A DNA stretch of 63,917 bases, filler included. It is 5 parts of 5 records of this genome, joined end to end, with 100 filler letters (N's around TTAATTAATTAA, not from the genome) between each part and the next. Parts side by side here need not be neighbours in the genome. Positions count along the whole stretch, not along the records: positions 58,690 to 63,917 come from SRR20825019_141; 4 more parts are not named here. One strand, given 5' to 3'. The number at the start of each line of letters is the position of its first letter. Positions within the stretch are counted from its first letter, which is position 1. The translations under genes and the position numbers were made by a program. The notes under the pieces were generated by a model. The model was not told where the DNA came from. It ran no database searches and saw only the letters and a list, made by a program, of their open reading frames with translations. Positions 62,602 to 63,917 of this stretch are shown here, in pieces.

Positions 62602-62748
62602 ATGATGACCTATTCAAAGCCAGCACAGAGACAAGCCCTGCGGCAGATTGGCAATTGCCTATCGCTTTTCCGGTACGGGGGAAAGTCCGAACAAGGATTT
62701 TTCCGCCCATTGATCCCTTTCACCAACGACACAACCAGAGAACCTTCT

Positions 62749-63705
62749 TCAATGTCCCGGGCTTTCAGGCACATATTCCTCTTCCAGCCGCATAACCTCC
62801 TCCGTTTCTTCCTCCATATTCAGGCTCATGATGCTGGCCGCAAGGCCAATCTGACGAAACTCGGTCGGGTTAACACGAAAATAGCGGCGAAACACTTTGG
62901 CGAAATAGTTAGGGTCGGAAAACCCGGCCATACCCGCCACTTGCTTGATCGTATAGTCACTGCTGGAAAGCAGGCGCGTGGATAACCGCAAGCGTCGCAA
63001 AAGCACATATTCGGCAGGTGGCATACCTTCCGATTGAGCAAACAGACGCGAAAAATGCGCGCGCGAAAAGCCGGAAACCGCTGCCAGTTGTTCCACCGGA
63101 AGCGCACCTTCCAGATTTTCATCGATATAGTGGATCACGCGCTGCATAGCTCGCGTCTCGACCGGCGGGATGGAACGGGTGCCAAAGACATCATCATAAA
63201 GCAGCATCGTTACCTTGTAGGCGATCATCGAGGCACGCGCCGGCGTTTCGGCACGTGTTGAAAGCAGTTCCTCCAGACACAGCGCCATTTCATCAATCGT
63301 TTCCGGTTTCAATTTTAACACCGGGCCAGACGTTTCAAGAACCGCCTGCTGAATGCGCATCGCCTCTTCGCCATTGAGAGAAATCCAGAAGAATTCCCAT
63401 GATCCGCCCTCTTCCACCCAATAGCGATGATTGTGCGGAATGCAGGTCAGCATGGTTTCACCGGGGTGAAGCCGGAAAGTGCGGTTCTCAAAACGCAAGT
63501 TTCCATGACCGGCGATCGTATATTGTATCACCGAAAAAGGACTGCGCCCGCGACGCCTGCCATCCCAGCTGTATTGCGGATCGGTGCGGATTTCATAACC
63601 GGCACTGACAGGCATGGCATGAAGATCCTGATGCCCCCGCGGCAAGGAAATGAGCCGCCCGATCGGTGCACGGGCACGTAAATCGCGTAGCACAGAATTA
63701 CCCAT
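62749..63705 (-). CDS. AraC-family regulator, AgpT-like
   Basis: SLPRG, YSWDGRRRG, PHNHRYW and WEFFWIS; C-terminal double HTH; divergent from a GH4 start. The start codon is uncertain. Confidence 0.85.
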   Translation of the reverse strand: MGNSVLRDLRARAPIGRLISLPRGHQDLHAMPVSAGYEIRTDPQYSWDGRRRGRSPFSVIQYTIAGHGNLRFENRTFRLHPGETMLTCIPHNHRYWVEEGGSWEFFWISLNGEEAMRIQQAVLETSGPVLKLKPETIDEMALCLEELLSTRAETPARASMIAYKVTMLLYDDVFGTRSIPPVETRAMQRVIHYIDENLEGALPVEQLAAVSGFSRAHFSRLFAQSEGMPPAEYVLLRRLRLSTRLLSSSDYTIKQVAGMAGFSDPNYFAKVFRRYFRVNPTEFRQIGLAASIMSLNMEEETEEVMRLEEEYVPESPGH

Positions 63706-63888
63706 AAAAGCACAATCCCTCTCTGTTGCTGGCAATTTCACTTGGCATAATGCTTACCGATATCAGGAAACACAAGCAGAGATGGCGAGTGCAAGCGAGT
63801 GGAGCGTTTTCTTTTGAAATGGCTAAAGCACTATTTTCTGCATTTAATTTTACCCAATAGATAAAGACACTAAAACAGGGAGGTGGAT

Positions 63889-63917
63889 ATGAGCGCTTTC
63901 AAAATAGCCATTATCGG
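63889..63917 (+). CDS. melA: Probable GH4 alpha-galactosidase (MelA), N-terminal fragment
   Basis: GGGAGG RBS, then MSAFKIAIIG (start of an NAD-binding fold). The call rests partly on the divergent AgpT-like gene. Confidence 0.6.

Noticed and set aside
1-63917. CRISPR arrays, rRNA, tRNA, transposases, integrases or prophage genes
   Set aside because: No regularly spaced direct repeats, cloverleaf or rRNA signatures, or DDE/tyrosine-recombinase motifs were seen by eye.

Overview
This window is not one genome locus. It is five unrelated contigs joined by artificial 100-bp spacers (N-run + TTAATTAATTAA + N-run) at 8689-8788, 33549-33648, 50208-50307 and 58590-58689, so no linkage can be inferred across the spacers. 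Taxon labels below are impressions from protein style, not search results. Contig A (1-8688) is a high-GC Hyphomicrobiales, Devosia-like: trxB start, greA, PQQ sugar dehydrogenase, cspA, TPR-methyltransferase, ltaE, a secreted hypothetical, SDR + TetR, catB and the carB end. Contig B (8789-33548) is a marine gammaproteobacterium, Marinobacter-like: recCBD, a 5'-nucleotidase/ExeM extracellular-DNA scavenging pair, an MFS transporter, a FAN1-like nuclease + FeS helicase operon, a GGDEF protein, an alcohol dehydrogenase and AraC. Contig C (33649-50207) is a compact, intron-poor eukaryote: a probable NOP2 N-terminus, a ~3850-aa ankyrin-repeat protein and Rab3GAP1, with one predicted intron in each of the last two. 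Contigs D (50308-58589) and E (58690-63917) are Rhizobiaceae-like: aspS, parC, bpt, hemB and an L,D-transpeptidase; then an aminotransferase, a TRAP transporter, an agpT-like regulator and the melA start. The most interesting observations are: (1) the giant ankyrin protein carries an embedded ubiquitin-like domain, a Cys-rich insert and a C-terminal CxxC Rdx-type domain; (2) a 9-codon MKSADRTSA leader upstream of catB resembles chloramphenicol-sensing attenuator peptides; (3) a ~350-nt GC-rich, hairpin-dense non-coding island in the eukaryote contains a telomere-template-like 8-mer; (4) greA has a highly structured leader with a uORF; (5) the methyltransferase ends in a genome-encoded ssrA-tag-like tail; (6) Pho-box-like repeats precede both eDNA-scavenging genes. 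No CRISPR array, rRNA, tRNA or transposase was seen.
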